From Patescibacteria group bacterium (GTDB lineage: Bacteria; Patescibacteriota; Patescibacteriia; UBA9934), in the NCBI GenBank assembly GCA_018896835.1, contig JAHILS010000078.1, positions 1 to 37,328 on the forward strand: a DNA stretch of 37,328 nt, written 5' to 3'. This document shows, piece after piece, positions 18,035 through 26,188 of the stretch. Position 1 is the first letter of the stretch. Every line of letters begins with the position of its first letter. Both the position numbers and the translations under genes were made by a program. Below the pieces are notes generated by a model. It was not told the origin of the DNA. It searched no databases and was given only the letters and a program-made list of their open reading frames with translations.

Positions 18035-20383
18035 TTAAAAAATCGTTTCGTCTTCTTCCTCTTCATCGTACTCTTCCTGCCCGTCCTCTTCAACGTCGGC
18101 CTGGTCATCTTCCGAATCTGGAGTATCGTTGTCCTCTACCGGTGTCCATTCGTCCTCATCCTGATCTTCATCTTGATCGTCATCATCATCCTCTACAATC
18201 TCATCGCTGACCTCTTGCCTTTGTGGTGCCTGATGATTATTCTCTGGCCACTGGCTAACAAGAATTTCTCGTGCTTTGGCGCCATTAGCCTCGCCAACGA
18301 CTCCCATTTGTTCCATTAAATCAATCATTCTGGCTGCTCGCGAATAACCGACCTTTAATCTTCTCTGCAAATATGAAGTCGAGGCCTTACCCGACTCAAT
18401 AACAACCTCAATTGCTTCATTTAACATCGGATCTGAATCTTCCGAAGAAAATGCCGTGCCACCTGTACGCATATCTTCTGTAACTTGATAGTTATAATCT
18501 GGCTCGCCTTGTTTTTTCAAGAAAGCAACAACCCGCTCTATTTCATCATCAGACACGAATGCTCCCTGCATGCGTTTTGGTTTGGAAATTTGTGGAGTAG
18601 TCAAAAGCATATCCCCACGACCCAACAATTTCTCTGCTCCGGCTTGGTCTAAAATTGTCTTGGAGTCAACTTGGGAAGCAACTGCAAAAGCAATTCGAGT
18701 TGGAATGTTCGCTTTTATAAGTCCAGTAATAACGTCAACCGATGGTCTTTGGGTTGCAAGAATAAGATGGATGCCGGCCGCTCGCGCCATTTGCGAAATT
18801 CTCACAATCACAGCTTCAACATCACGCTTATTTTGACTCATTAAGTCTGCCAACTCATCAATAATAATAAAAATCTTTGGCATTCTGTCCTTACACTTGG
18901 CATTATAGGAATCAATATCGCGCGTTCCTGCCTTTGCTAGGTGATCAAGGCGACGCTCCATTTCTCGAACCGCCCACTTCAAAGCGTTTATCGCTTCCTC
19001 GACTTTTGTGATTGGCGGAATTAATAGGTGAGGAATGCCAGAATAAACCCCCATTTCCACCCGTTTTGGATCAACCATGATGAGCTTTAGGTCGTCTGGC
19101 CCATTTTGATATAAAAGTGAAAGAATAATTGTATTTAAACAAACTGATTTTCCCGAACCAGTCGCTCCAGCCACAAGCATGTGAGGCGCCTTATCGACCG
19201 CAACAATATTAACGCCACCGCTAACATCTTTTCCAAGAGGTGCGGAAAAATTTGTTTTGCGAGTTTTAAATACTGTTGAATCAATAAGTTCACGCAAGCA
19301 AACCTGACCAACTTTTTGGTTTGGAACTTCAACTCCTACCAAGGAACGACCAGGGATCGGAGCCTCAATTCGAATTGGATGGGCGGCGAGTGCCAGCGCT
19401 AAGTCGTTATGAAGGGCAACAATCCTAGAAAGTTTTACCCCCTCGGCTGGGCGCATAGCATACTGAGTAACTGTTGGTCCAACCCGAACGTCCACCACCT
19501 CAACTTCAATCCCAAAGTTCTCAAACGTTCTTCTGATCACTTCTTTGCCACGTTCAATATCACCAGACTTACCATCACTTCCGTGTTCTTGTAGTAAATC
19601 TAGTGGTATCTCCACTTTTCGACGGCGCTTGCTGGTCATTATCGATTCTGATTCTACCTCTTGATCTGGATCGCCAAGGCGATGCTTTGATTCTGGTGTT
19701 TCAATTTCAACCGCCTCTTCTTCAACCACTCCTTGTTCGCCCTCGCGATCGTCAACATACAAAACATTATCGTCATCCTCGTGTGGCTTACGTATAAATT
19801 GTCCAAGCGAAATAAAATGAGCAGGTACTGTCAAAACGCTTTGTAATGAAATATCAAAAATCAGAATAATCGAAATACAAAGGACAGCAAAAACAATTAC
19901 AAACGATCCCCAAAAACCAAGCGAACCCACAAGAAGTTCGGAAACAAGCATGCCTGCATAGCCACCAGCCTTTGATAACTCAACTACAGTAAAATTTTCG
20001 TTTAATAAAAACAGGTTTAGCAACCCGTTAAATGCAATAAAAAATAATGCTATGCCTATATAATTTACCGGACCAAATACTCCTTTGCTGGGAAAAATAA
20101 CATGCCAAGCAACAATGAGAATAACTATTGAGAACAACCACCTATCCCATCCTAATGCTTGTGCAAGCAAATTATCAACATAAGTTCCTGTCCCGCCGGC
20201 AAGAGCAAAAAATGAAAGTAGGAAAAAAGCAGAAATTGCCACAAGTGCAATCGCAATAATACTCTGTTTTACTCCGTCAGAAAGCCCTGAATTACTTCTA
20301 GTTGAGCCTCCGTGTTTACGTTTTCGTTTTCGTGCCATAGCAGTAATTATTCTATCATATTTACGTTTTGCTTCCCACGCCAT
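18035..20383 (-). CDS. ftsK: DNA translocase FtsK/SpoIIIE
   Basis: 782 aa with N-terminal TM helices, Walker A VAGATGSGKSV, Walker B IIIDELADLM and a gamma wHTH (ASTSYLQRRLKVGYSRAARMIDLME). An acidic tail of about 70 aa follows. An alternative start is at 20338. Confidence 0.93.
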   Translation of the reverse strand: MAWEAKRKYDRIITAMARKRKRKHGGSTRSNSGLSDGVKQSIIAIALVAISAFFLLSFFALAGGTGTYVDNLLAQALGWDRWLFSIVILIVAWHVIFPSKGVFGPVNYIGIALFFIAFNGLLNLFLLNENFTVVELSKAGGYAGMLVSELLVGSLGFWGSFVIVFAVLCISIILIFDISLQSVLTVPAHFISLGQFIRKPHEDDDNVLYVDDREGEQGVVEEEAVEIETPESKHRLGDPDQEVESESIMTSKRRRKVEIPLDLLQEHGSDGKSGDIERGKEVIRRTFENFGIEVEVVDVRVGPTVTQYAMRPAEGVKLSRIVALHNDLALALAAHPIRIEAPIPGRSLVGVEVPNQKVGQVCLRELIDSTVFKTRKTNFSAPLGKDVSGGVNIVAVDKAPHMLVAGATGSGKSVCLNTIILSLLYQNGPDDLKLIMVDPKRVEMGVYSGIPHLLIPPITKVEEAINALKWAVREMERRLDHLAKAGTRDIDSYNAKCKDRMPKIFIIIDELADLMSQNKRDVEAVIVRISQMARAAGIHLILATQRPSVDVITGLIKANIPTRIAFAVASQVDSKTILDQAGAEKLLGRGDMLLTTPQISKPKRMQGAFVSDDEIERVVAFLKKQGEPDYNYQVTEDMRTGGTAFSSEDSDPMLNEAIEVVIESGKASTSYLQRRLKVGYSRAARMIDLMEQMGVVGEANGAKAREILVSQWPENNHQAPQRQEVSDEIVEDDDDDQDEDQDEDEWTPVEDNDTPDSEDDQADVEEDGQEEYDEEEEDETIF

Positions 20384-20385
20384 TA

Positions 20386-20414
20386 TTTACACAAGTATAA
20401 CAATACGATAACGT
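20386..20414 (+). promoter_or_regulatory. Putative promoter of the PP2C cassette
   Basis: TTTACA (20386-20391), a 17-nt spacer, then TAACGT (20409-20414). It sits in the AT-rich junction immediately before the GC-rich ORF. Confidence 0.4.
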
Positions 20415-20435
20415 ACCTGCGGACTCTAACCGATC

Positions 20436-21230
20436 ATGGAGGATCACATGAAACTCGAATTCGGAATGATGTGTGGTGAGGGTGGACGTTGCCACAACGA
20501 AGACATTGGCGCAATTTTTACTCCAGCCATGCTCTTTGTTGCCATAGACGGCATGGGCGGACATGAGGGCGGAGAGATCGCCGCCGCTATGGTGTACGAA
20601 GGATTTCGAGCCTTAACGCACCAAGATCCGGGTCTTGCTCTGCTGTGCCAAACAGCCGAGGCAATCAATGCCAGAATGTATGCCATGAACACCGAATCTG
20701 CCAGCCAAGACGAGAATCAAGGCGGGCGATATCGTGGCATGGGCGCAGTCGTAACAGCAATTTGGTTTGACCTTGATAGTGAGGTCTACCATCTGCACCA
20801 CGTGGGCGACACCAGGGCATACGAGTATATCGATGGACGGCTCACGCTGGTGAGTGATGACCACTCATTGTCATGCGTCAAAGCCTTGTCTGAACGGGAA
20901 CGTCAAAAGCACAGGCTAAAAAATATCGTCACATCGAGCTATGGTGCGCGAGAAGGCTTCGAGCACATGCTCGCAACCACATACAGAATAGTAGAAGGAA
21001 TGACTATTCTGCTCTGTTCTGATGGTCTCACCGATTACGTTGACCCAGACGTGATGGAAGCGATCATAGCCAACGACATGGGCGCGCAGAAAAAAGCCGA
21101 GGCGCTCTACCAGTCGGCTATGGACGCTGACACCTGCGACAACGTCACAATCATCGTCGTCCACGTAATGCCTGAGGATCGTGACTGCAAAACAAGGTCA
21201 AACAGTGCCACACTCTGTCCGATCGAATAA
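20436..21230 (+). CDS. PP2C-family Ser/Thr protein phosphatase (high-GC cassette A)
   Basis: Motifs RCHNED, DGMGGHEGGE, GDTRAY, SDGLTD and DNVT appear in canonical PP2C order. GGAGG precedes the internal ATG at 20448, which may be the true start. Confidence 0.85.
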   Translation: MEDHMKLEFGMMCGEGGRCHNEDIGAIFTPAMLFVAIDGMGGHEGGEIAAAMVYEGFRALTHQDPGLALLCQTAEAINARMYAMNTESASQDENQGGRYRGMGAVVTAIWFDLDSEVYHLHHVGDTRAYEYIDGRLTLVSDDHSLSCVKALSERERQKHRLKNIVTSSYGAREGFEHMLATTYRIVEGMTILLCSDGLTDYVDPDVMEAIIANDMGAQKKAEALYQSAMDADTCDNVTIIVVHVMPEDRDCKTRSNSATLCPIE

Positions 21231-21245
21231 TGTACGTCCACGTTG

Positions 21246-21272
21246 TCCCCACCCAGCACTCTGCGGTGGGGA
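21246..21272 (+). terminator. GC-rich hairpin after the PP2C gene
   Basis: TCCCCACC-loop-GGTGGGGA lies 16 nt after the stop. The T-tract is weak (TTACTG). Confidence 0.45.
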
Positions 21273-21534
21273 TTACTGCATAAAATTACGATACTAGGAT
21301 CACTACTTAAACATCCCACTACCCCTCTAGGAGAGCTTTTTGCATTTATCGAGGGCAAGCCATAATTTTTTATGACGTTGACACAGGCTAATTTTTCTTA
21401 TGAGGTTGCTTTCGCACAACCCGCTCCTTGGAAGGAGAACCAGATGATGCGAAAGCAAAAGACGTTTATTATGGTGAGTAGCATGGGTGAAATGAACCCT
21501 ACCGGTGCCTGACCCCAGAAACCCCAGAAACATA

Positions 21535-21574
21535 ATTTGCCACATAGTGCGCGATCGGACACTTTATGGCTAAA
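21535..21574. repeat. Degenerate copy of the CGATCG-core palindrome (family 2)
   Basis: ATTTGCCACATAGTGCGCGATCGGACACTTTATGGCTAAA matches the 30070-30109 palindrome at 32 of 40 positions by my hand alignment. Confidence 0.6.
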
Positions 21575-21612
21575 ATAAACAAACAGCCACTAGGCCGAGG
21601 TCGAAAAAATTA

Positions 21613-21681
21613 GGGTCAAGGCTCTATTTTTCAAAAATTGATCAAAAAATTGATCAAAAAGTAATAACTCGAGCCTCGACC
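21613..21681. repeat. Degenerate relative of the 15928-15987 hairpin, with an AT-rich tandem repeat in its loop
   Basis: 5' arm GGGTCAAGGCTCTA resembles GGGTCAGGGCTCTA, and 3' arm GAGCCTCGACC resembles GAGCCCTGACC. The loop carries CAAAAATTGAT/CAAAAAATTGAT in tandem (21632-21654). On the minus strand it is followed by TAATTTTTTCGA. Confidence 0.5.
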
Positions 21682-21689
21682 TTAAACAC

Positions 21690-21715
21690 AAAACAACCTC
21701 GTGGGAGGTTGTTTT
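21690..21715 (-). terminator. Rho-independent terminator of efp
   Basis: AAAACAACCTC-gtgg-GAGGTTGTTTT is a perfect 11-bp stem, 8 nt beyond the efp stop. T-rich sequence follows on the minus strand. Confidence 0.75.
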
Positions 21716-21723
21716 GATAATGA

Positions 21724-22290
21724 TTATTTATTTACGCGCTCAAGGTACACTCCTTCTTCTGTATTAACCTTGATTGTGTCGCCCTGGTTAATGAAAATTG
21801 GCACGCGAACCTTAAGACCATTTTCCATTATTGCATCCTTTTGAACATTTCCCGAAACTGTATCACCTTTTGATGCTGGCTCGGTTTGCGCAACAACGTA
21901 TTCAATTTTTATTGGAATATCTACTGCAATTGGATTACTTTCGTGCATCACGACCGTTGCGTCTATTCCCTCTTTCAAATACTTTGCGCAATCTCCAACT
22001 ATTGCTTCGTCAATGGATACTTGTTCAAAAGTCATTCCATCCATAAAATTATACTGACTACCTTCCTGGAAGATATACTGCATCTTCTTGTTCATTACGT
22101 CTGCAAACTTGAGGGTTTCACCAGATTTGTACGTGTTTTCAATTACTTTTCCAGTTGAAAGTGACTTCATTCTCACTCGGACAAATCCTCCGCCACGACC
22201 TGATGAAGAACGTGTGTAACTAAGCACAACCCAAAGATCGTCTTTTTCGCTTATTACAGTTCCACGCTTAATATCGGTTGGACCTGGCAT
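21724..22290 (-). CDS. efp: Translation elongation factor P
   Basis: 188 aa, colinear with EF-P across three OB-like domains. The C-terminal block is VPIFINQGDTIKVNTEEGVYLERV. Confidence 0.95.
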   Translation of the reverse strand: MPGPTDIKRGTVISEKDDLWVVLSYTRSSSGRGGGFVRVRMKSLSTGKVIENTYKSGETLKFADVMNKKMQYIFQEGSQYNFMDGMTFEQVSIDEAIVGDCAKYLKEGIDATVVMHESNPIAVDIPIKIEYVVAQTEPASKGDTVSGNVQKDAIMENGLKVRVPIFINQGDTIKVNTEEGVYLERVNK

Positions 22291-22301
22291 AATACTTGAG
22301 T

Positions 22302-22538
22302 TTATTTGTGAACAAATGGAAGAAGGGCCATGATGCGAGCGCGCTTGATCTCTTGAGAGACTTTGCGTTGATGCTCAGAACAAACTCCACTTCTTTTACA
22401 TGGAACTATTTTTCCAAATGAGGAAATATAACGTCGCAATAAATCTGTATTTTTGTAATCAATCACAGCATCCTTATTAACACAGAAAAAACAGTAACGT
22501 GAATTTTCCTTTTGTTTCATTGTTGTTATTTTTGACAT
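22302..22538 (-). CDS. rpsR: 30S ribosomal protein S18
   Basis: 78 aa with CFFC...IDYKNTDLLRRYIS...GKI.P.R.SG.C..HQR, typical of S18. Confidence 0.95.
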   Translation of the reverse strand: MSKITTMKQKENSRYCFFCVNKDAVIDYKNTDLLRRYISSFGKIVPCKRSGVCSEHQRKVSQEIKRARIMALLPFVHK

Positions 22539-22539
22539 A

Positions 22540-22974
22540 CTAGAATGGGATATCCTCTAATTTAATTTCATCATTGGCTGATGGTACGTTGATGATTGGG
22601 GCTGAGGCGTCAGGTCCTGATCCAAAACTTGTTGAATCGCCTTTTCCGCCCAGCATCACCATATTTTCCGCTACAATTTCTGTTCGATAACGCTTTACTC
22701 CATCTTGACCTTCCCAGTCGCGAGTTTGCAAACGTCCTTCTACAAAAATCTTATTTCCTTTTTTCAAGTATTGGTTGATTATTTCAGCCAATTTTCCCCA
22801 AGCAACTATATTATGGAATTCTGTTTGTTCTTGTTTCTCTCCACTGGCATCCTTCCAAGTTCTGTTTGTAGCCACTCCAAAAGAACAGACCGCCTGACCA
22901 CTTCCAGTCTGGCGAAGCTCTGGGTCTCGAGTTAGATTCCCAATAACCATTGCTTTGTTTAGTGATGCGCTCAT
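22540..22974 (-). CDS. ssb: Single-stranded DNA-binding protein
   Basis: 144 aa with an OB-fold N-terminus (LNKAMVIGNLTRDPELRQT...TEFHNIVAWGKLAE) and an acidic C-terminal tip LEDIPF. Confidence 0.95.
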   Translation of the reverse strand: MSASLNKAMVIGNLTRDPELRQTGSGQAVCSFGVATNRTWKDASGEKQEQTEFHNIVAWGKLAEIINQYLKKGNKIFVEGRLQTRDWEGQDGVKRYRTEIVAENMVMLGGKGDSTSFGSGPDASAPIINVPSANDEIKLEDIPF

Positions 22975-22975
22975 A

Positions 22976-23452
22976 TTAGATATTGGTTAAGTCTGAATCT
23001 AAAATGTCGTTGAGCTGTTTGTCCAAATCCTCGGCTCCTAGCTTTTCTGTGGCAATAACCGGTGATTGAGCCTTCTTAGCTCGTGGCTCTTTTTTAACAG
23101 CAGTACGCTTTCCTTCTGGAGATAACGGTTCTTGGTATGAAGTTGGCGTGAATGTCATGGAAGGAATTCCTTCTGGTCGCTTCAACACAGAATGTCGCAA
23201 GATGTCTTCACTAAGACGAAAATCTTGATCGATCTTCTGCAGGTTTGAACCGTCATGCTCAATATAAGTCAAAATATACGTTCCGTGACGTACCTTTTTG
23301 ATTGGGTAAGCAAGCTTAAGTTTTCCAAGGTTTTTTGTTTCCTGGACCTGGGCACCAGCGGTTTGGAGCGATTTTGCAACACGCTCAGTCACTCCATCGA
23401 TCTCAGAATCTGAGAATTTTGAAGGAATGATATATAAAATCTCGTAGATCAT
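22976..23452 (-). CDS. rpsF: 30S ribosomal protein S6, with a C-terminal extension
   Basis: 158 aa with N-terminus MIYEILYIIPS...KLAYPIKK..HGTYIL. It is the first gene of the rpsF-ssb-rpsR arrangement. Confidence 0.92.
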   Translation of the reverse strand: MIYEILYIIPSKFSDSEIDGVTERVAKSLQTAGAQVQETKNLGKLKLAYPIKKVRHGTYILTYIEHDGSNLQKIDQDFRLSEDILRHSVLKRPEGIPSMTFTPTSYQEPLSPEGKRTAVKKEPRAKKAQSPVIATEKLGAEDLDKQLNDILDSDLTNI

Positions 23453-23510
23453 ATTGATAGGCCTCTTTCTAGGAGGCAGCCTCTCGGCTACGGACTATTT
23501 ATGAGTTAAT
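23453..23510 (-). promoter_or_regulatory. Possible rpsF leader hairpin sequestering the SD
   Basis: The minus-strand leader ...GGCUGCCUCCUAGAAAGAGGCCUAUCAAU-AUG can pair CCUC with GAGG, which is the SD. Confidence 0.25.
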
Positions 23511-23600
23511 GCCCAGATAGTAGCCGATTGGCTGGTTTTGGTCAAGATTTCATACTCTTTTTGGTCAAAATCATATTGACTATGATATTGTTTCATCACT

Positions 23601-24764
23601 ATGCAAACCTTTGCCATTTTAGGATCACACTCGCGTCTAAGCCTTGCTGAGCTTAAGGCTGTTACTAAAACTGATATAAATAAGAGTTCTGATCAGTCGG
23701 CTGTATTTGAATATAATAAAGACTTACTTCACTTGCAAAATAAGCTCGGTGGCACGCAAAAGCTTGGCGAAGTGTTGGGAAGTGTTAAAGATGCCCAAGA
23801 AATTGAGGCTCATTTGCTAGCCATACTTAAAGATCAAGTTGGTGACAATAAGCTACGCTTTGGAATTAGTGTATACGATCTTGGTGACACTAAACGCACA
23901 AAAGAACTTCAAAAATTCATGCTTAAAGTGGGAATAAATTTAAAGAAAACAATTAAGCAGTCTGGAAGGTCGGCTCGATTGGTTACTGCCAAAGAACCAA
24001 CACTTTCAACTGTTGTTGTCGCAAAAAATAAACTCATAAGCGACGGGGTTGAATTTGTCATTATGGTTGGTGGCTCTGAAATTCTAATTGGCGTTACAAA
24101 AGCTATCCAAGACTTTGAAGACTGGTCACATCGTGATTATGACAGACCGGCACGCGATGCTAGGTCAGGAATGTTACCACCAAAACTTGCCAGAATGATG
24201 GTGAACTTAGCTGGAGTTGATCCAAAAAACTCTTACTTGCTTGATCCTTTTTGCGGATCAGGAACAATTTTAATGGAAGCATCACTTTTGGGATTTGATA
24301 ACGTGATTGGATCTGATATTTCAAAAAACGCCATTGATGATACTCGTGAAAACTTACAGTGGCTTATTGATCAAAATTATCCAGTAGCTGACCACACGCT
24401 CATCTGCTCATCGGCTGACTTTATGAGCGACAAGCTAGATAATAATCTAGTTGACGTCATCGTAACCGAACCATTTTTAGGAAATCCTCGTTCTGGCAGA
24501 GAGCAAGAAATCGAAATCACCCGTGGCATCAAATCACTATCTGATTTATACGAATCATCTTTTTTGGAACTTGATAAAATTTTGCGACCTGGAGGAAAAA
24601 TGGTAATTGCCTCGCCGATACACTTTATAGATGATAAAGAATTTCCAGTTCCAACCATAGAAATCATGGAATCGCTCGGCTATTCTTTAGAACACGAACC
24701 AATGCTTTACAAACGCGAAACTCAATTTGTCGGCAGAAACATTCTCATTTTTGCAAAAAAATAG
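23601..24764 (+). CDS. SAM-dependent methyltransferase, UPF0020/Trm11-RlmL-like (probably RNA)
   Basis: 387 aa with SAM motif I LDPFCGSGTILMEA, DIS in motif II and a VTEPFLG motif IV-like block, preceded by an N-terminal THUMP-like region. Confidence 0.7.
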   Translation: MQTFAILGSHSRLSLAELKAVTKTDINKSSDQSAVFEYNKDLLHLQNKLGGTQKLGEVLGSVKDAQEIEAHLLAILKDQVGDNKLRFGISVYDLGDTKRTKELQKFMLKVGINLKKTIKQSGRSARLVTAKEPTLSTVVVAKNKLISDGVEFVIMVGGSEILIGVTKAIQDFEDWSHRDYDRPARDARSGMLPPKLARMMVNLAGVDPKNSYLLDPFCGSGTILMEASLLGFDNVIGSDISKNAIDDTRENLQWLIDQNYPVADHTLICSSADFMSDKLDNNLVDVIVTEPFLGNPRSGREQEIEITRGIKSLSDLYESSFLELDKILRPGGKMVIASPIHFIDDKEFPVPTIEIMESLGYSLEHEPMLYKRETQFVGRNILIFAKK

Positions 24765-24785
24765 GCTAATTTTAGCATCAAGGGG

Positions 24786-24814
24786 TTGACACAACCTCTT
24801 TTTTGTGTTAACTT
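24786..24814 (+). promoter_or_regulatory. Putative promoter of cassette B
   Basis: TTGACA (24786-24791), a 17-nt spacer, then TAACTT (24809-24814). GGGAG lies 6 nt before the ATG at 24874. Confidence 0.5.
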
Positions 24815-24873
24815 TTCATGTCCTTTTTGTACTTTCTTCAGTGTCTCAATCCAACCAAACAGAGGGAGTCAGC

Positions 24874-25995
24874 ATGAGGAACATCCTCAACGTCATCCGT
24901 CAAATCTCGATCAATGTCTGGCACGGGATGTGCCGGTGGACCCCTGTGGTGGCTTCGGCCATCTGGGCGTTCACTGCAAAGTGGACGCCGGTCGTCTGGT
25001 CATACGCGATCATCGTGATCGTCTGGATCGGACGAGCCCTCTGGAGCACCACGAAATTCGTGGGCCGGCTCATCCGGACCACTGCAATCAATCCCATGCG
25101 CCAGAACACCAAAGTCTGGCTCTTCGGGAACATCTGGGGCGCAATCTTCTGCGCTCTGATGGTGACGGGATTCACCATCTTCTACGGACCGGTGGAAAGC
25201 CCAGTGCCAGAAGGCCCTGACATCGGTGGTGTTGACATCGATCCACCAGTGAAGCCTGGCGAGCCTGCCGTATGTGGCGACGCATGCGTCAAGGAAATTC
25301 GCAATTCGCGCTCAAAGCTCCGTGGCATCGAGAAAGAAGAATTGCGATATGTCCTGGAGGAATACAATAGCTACGTAGCGTCCGAGACCTGGCGCCAACG
25401 CGCACAGTCATGCCACCAGAACTACTGGGAGCACTTCCAGAAGGCAGAGGAGATCACGCTCTACCCGAGCGAACTCCTCGCTGGCAAGGCTTTGATCGAG
25501 GGCGCTGGATGCAAATTCATTACCGCAACAAACGGCGACGGCGGGATCGGGCCAATGCAGATCACACACCCGGTATCTGGCCACATCAACGCCACCGCAC
25601 GACTGCTTGGCACCACAAGCGACGGCGTGCAGTACAGGAGCGACTATCTGCACAACGTGCTCCTGGGCGCTGTCATGTTCTCGGACTTCGAGGACATGTT
25701 CGGAAGTCGTGGCGTTGGGATTCTCGCCTACAACCGCGGACCTGGAAATGTCCGCAGGGACATGCGACGCGCGGGACTCAACAGCTATATGCGTCGTGTG
25801 ATCTCCGACTTCCGTGGCGGAATCCCGGAGCATGCTGGAAAAGGTGGCCGCCCTCGCGTATATGCGGACAAGGTTCTGGCCGGAATGGTCATGATGTACC
25901 GTGTCTCGCATGGGCTTCCGCTCGAACCACTCACCAAGCTAACACTCGACGACATTCCTGGTGCGGATCCATCGCAAGATGGAAAGGATCGCTAG
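24874..25995 (+). CDS. Membrane-anchored lytic transglycosylase (SLT-domain) protein (high-GC cassette B)
   Basis: N-terminal hydrophobic segments are followed by SLT motifs in order: ALIEGAGC (catalytic Glu context), GGIGPMQIT and ILAYNRGPGN. The ORF track starts at 24805, but the promoter and SD favour 24874. Confidence 0.7.
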   Translation: MRNILNVIRQISINVWHGMCRWTPVVASAIWAFTAKWTPVVWSYAIIVIVWIGRALWSTTKFVGRLIRTTAINPMRQNTKVWLFGNIWGAIFCALMVTGFTIFYGPVESPVPEGPDIGGVDIDPPVKPGEPAVCGDACVKEIRNSRSKLRGIEKEELRYVLEEYNSYVASETWRQRAQSCHQNYWEHFQKAEEITLYPSELLAGKALIEGAGCKFITATNGDGGIGPMQITHPVSGHINATARLLGTTSDGVQYRSDYLHNVLLGAVMFSDFEDMFGSRGVGILAYNRGPGNVRRDMRRAGLNSYMRRVISDFRGGIPEHAGKGGRPRVYADKVLAGMVMMYRVSHGLPLEPLTKLTLDDIPGADPSQDGKDR

Positions 25996-26007
25996 GAAAC
26001 TACTCAA

Positions 26008-26036
26008 CCCCCGACCGCACTGCGGATCGGGGGTTT
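26008..26036 (+). terminator. GC-rich rho-independent terminator of cassette B
   Basis: CCCCCGACCGC-act-GCGGaTCGGGGG is followed by TTT, 13 nt after the stop. Confidence 0.65.
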
Positions 26037-26134
26037 GCGCTATTAATCGTATAGAATTTTAGGATTTAAAATAATATGAAAGCATAATTCTAGTATAATC
26101 TTAGTTGCCGCGCAGAATATTAATTACTGATTAG

Positions 26135-26170
26135 TGGCTCACTTTGGGCCGATCGGACCAAAGTGAGCCA
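26135..26170. repeat. 36-nt CGATCG-core palindrome, family 1, copy 1
   Basis: TGGCTCACTTTGG-G-CCGATCGG-A-CCAAAGTGAGCCA has 13-bp arms and one G/A mismatch. It is identical to 26732-26767 and ends 18 nt before the ATG at 26189. Confidence 0.9.
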
Positions 26171-26188
26171 TAGTTAAAATAAACATCT

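Noticed and set aside
20444-21358. Several 80-aa-class minus-strand ORFs (20444-20692, 20613-20864, 20916-21164, 21107-21358) overlapping the PP2C gene
   Set aside because: They lie antisense to an ORF with a complete PP2C motif set and have no recognisable motifs. They are the expected by-product of GC-rich, stop-poor sequence.
23537-23568. Direct repeat TTTGGTCAA twice, 23 bp apart, upstream of the methyltransferase gene
   Set aside because: It is short and AT-rich. It overlaps plausible -35-like hexamers and could arise by chance. There is no further support for an operator.
24786-26054. Overlapping ORFs in cassette B (24786-25220 +, 25410-26054 +, 25408-25911 -, and others)
   Set aside because: They are Arg/Pro/Gly-rich low-complexity translations in alternative frames of the SLT gene. 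Only the 24874-25995 frame shows enzyme motifs, an SD and a terminator in register.
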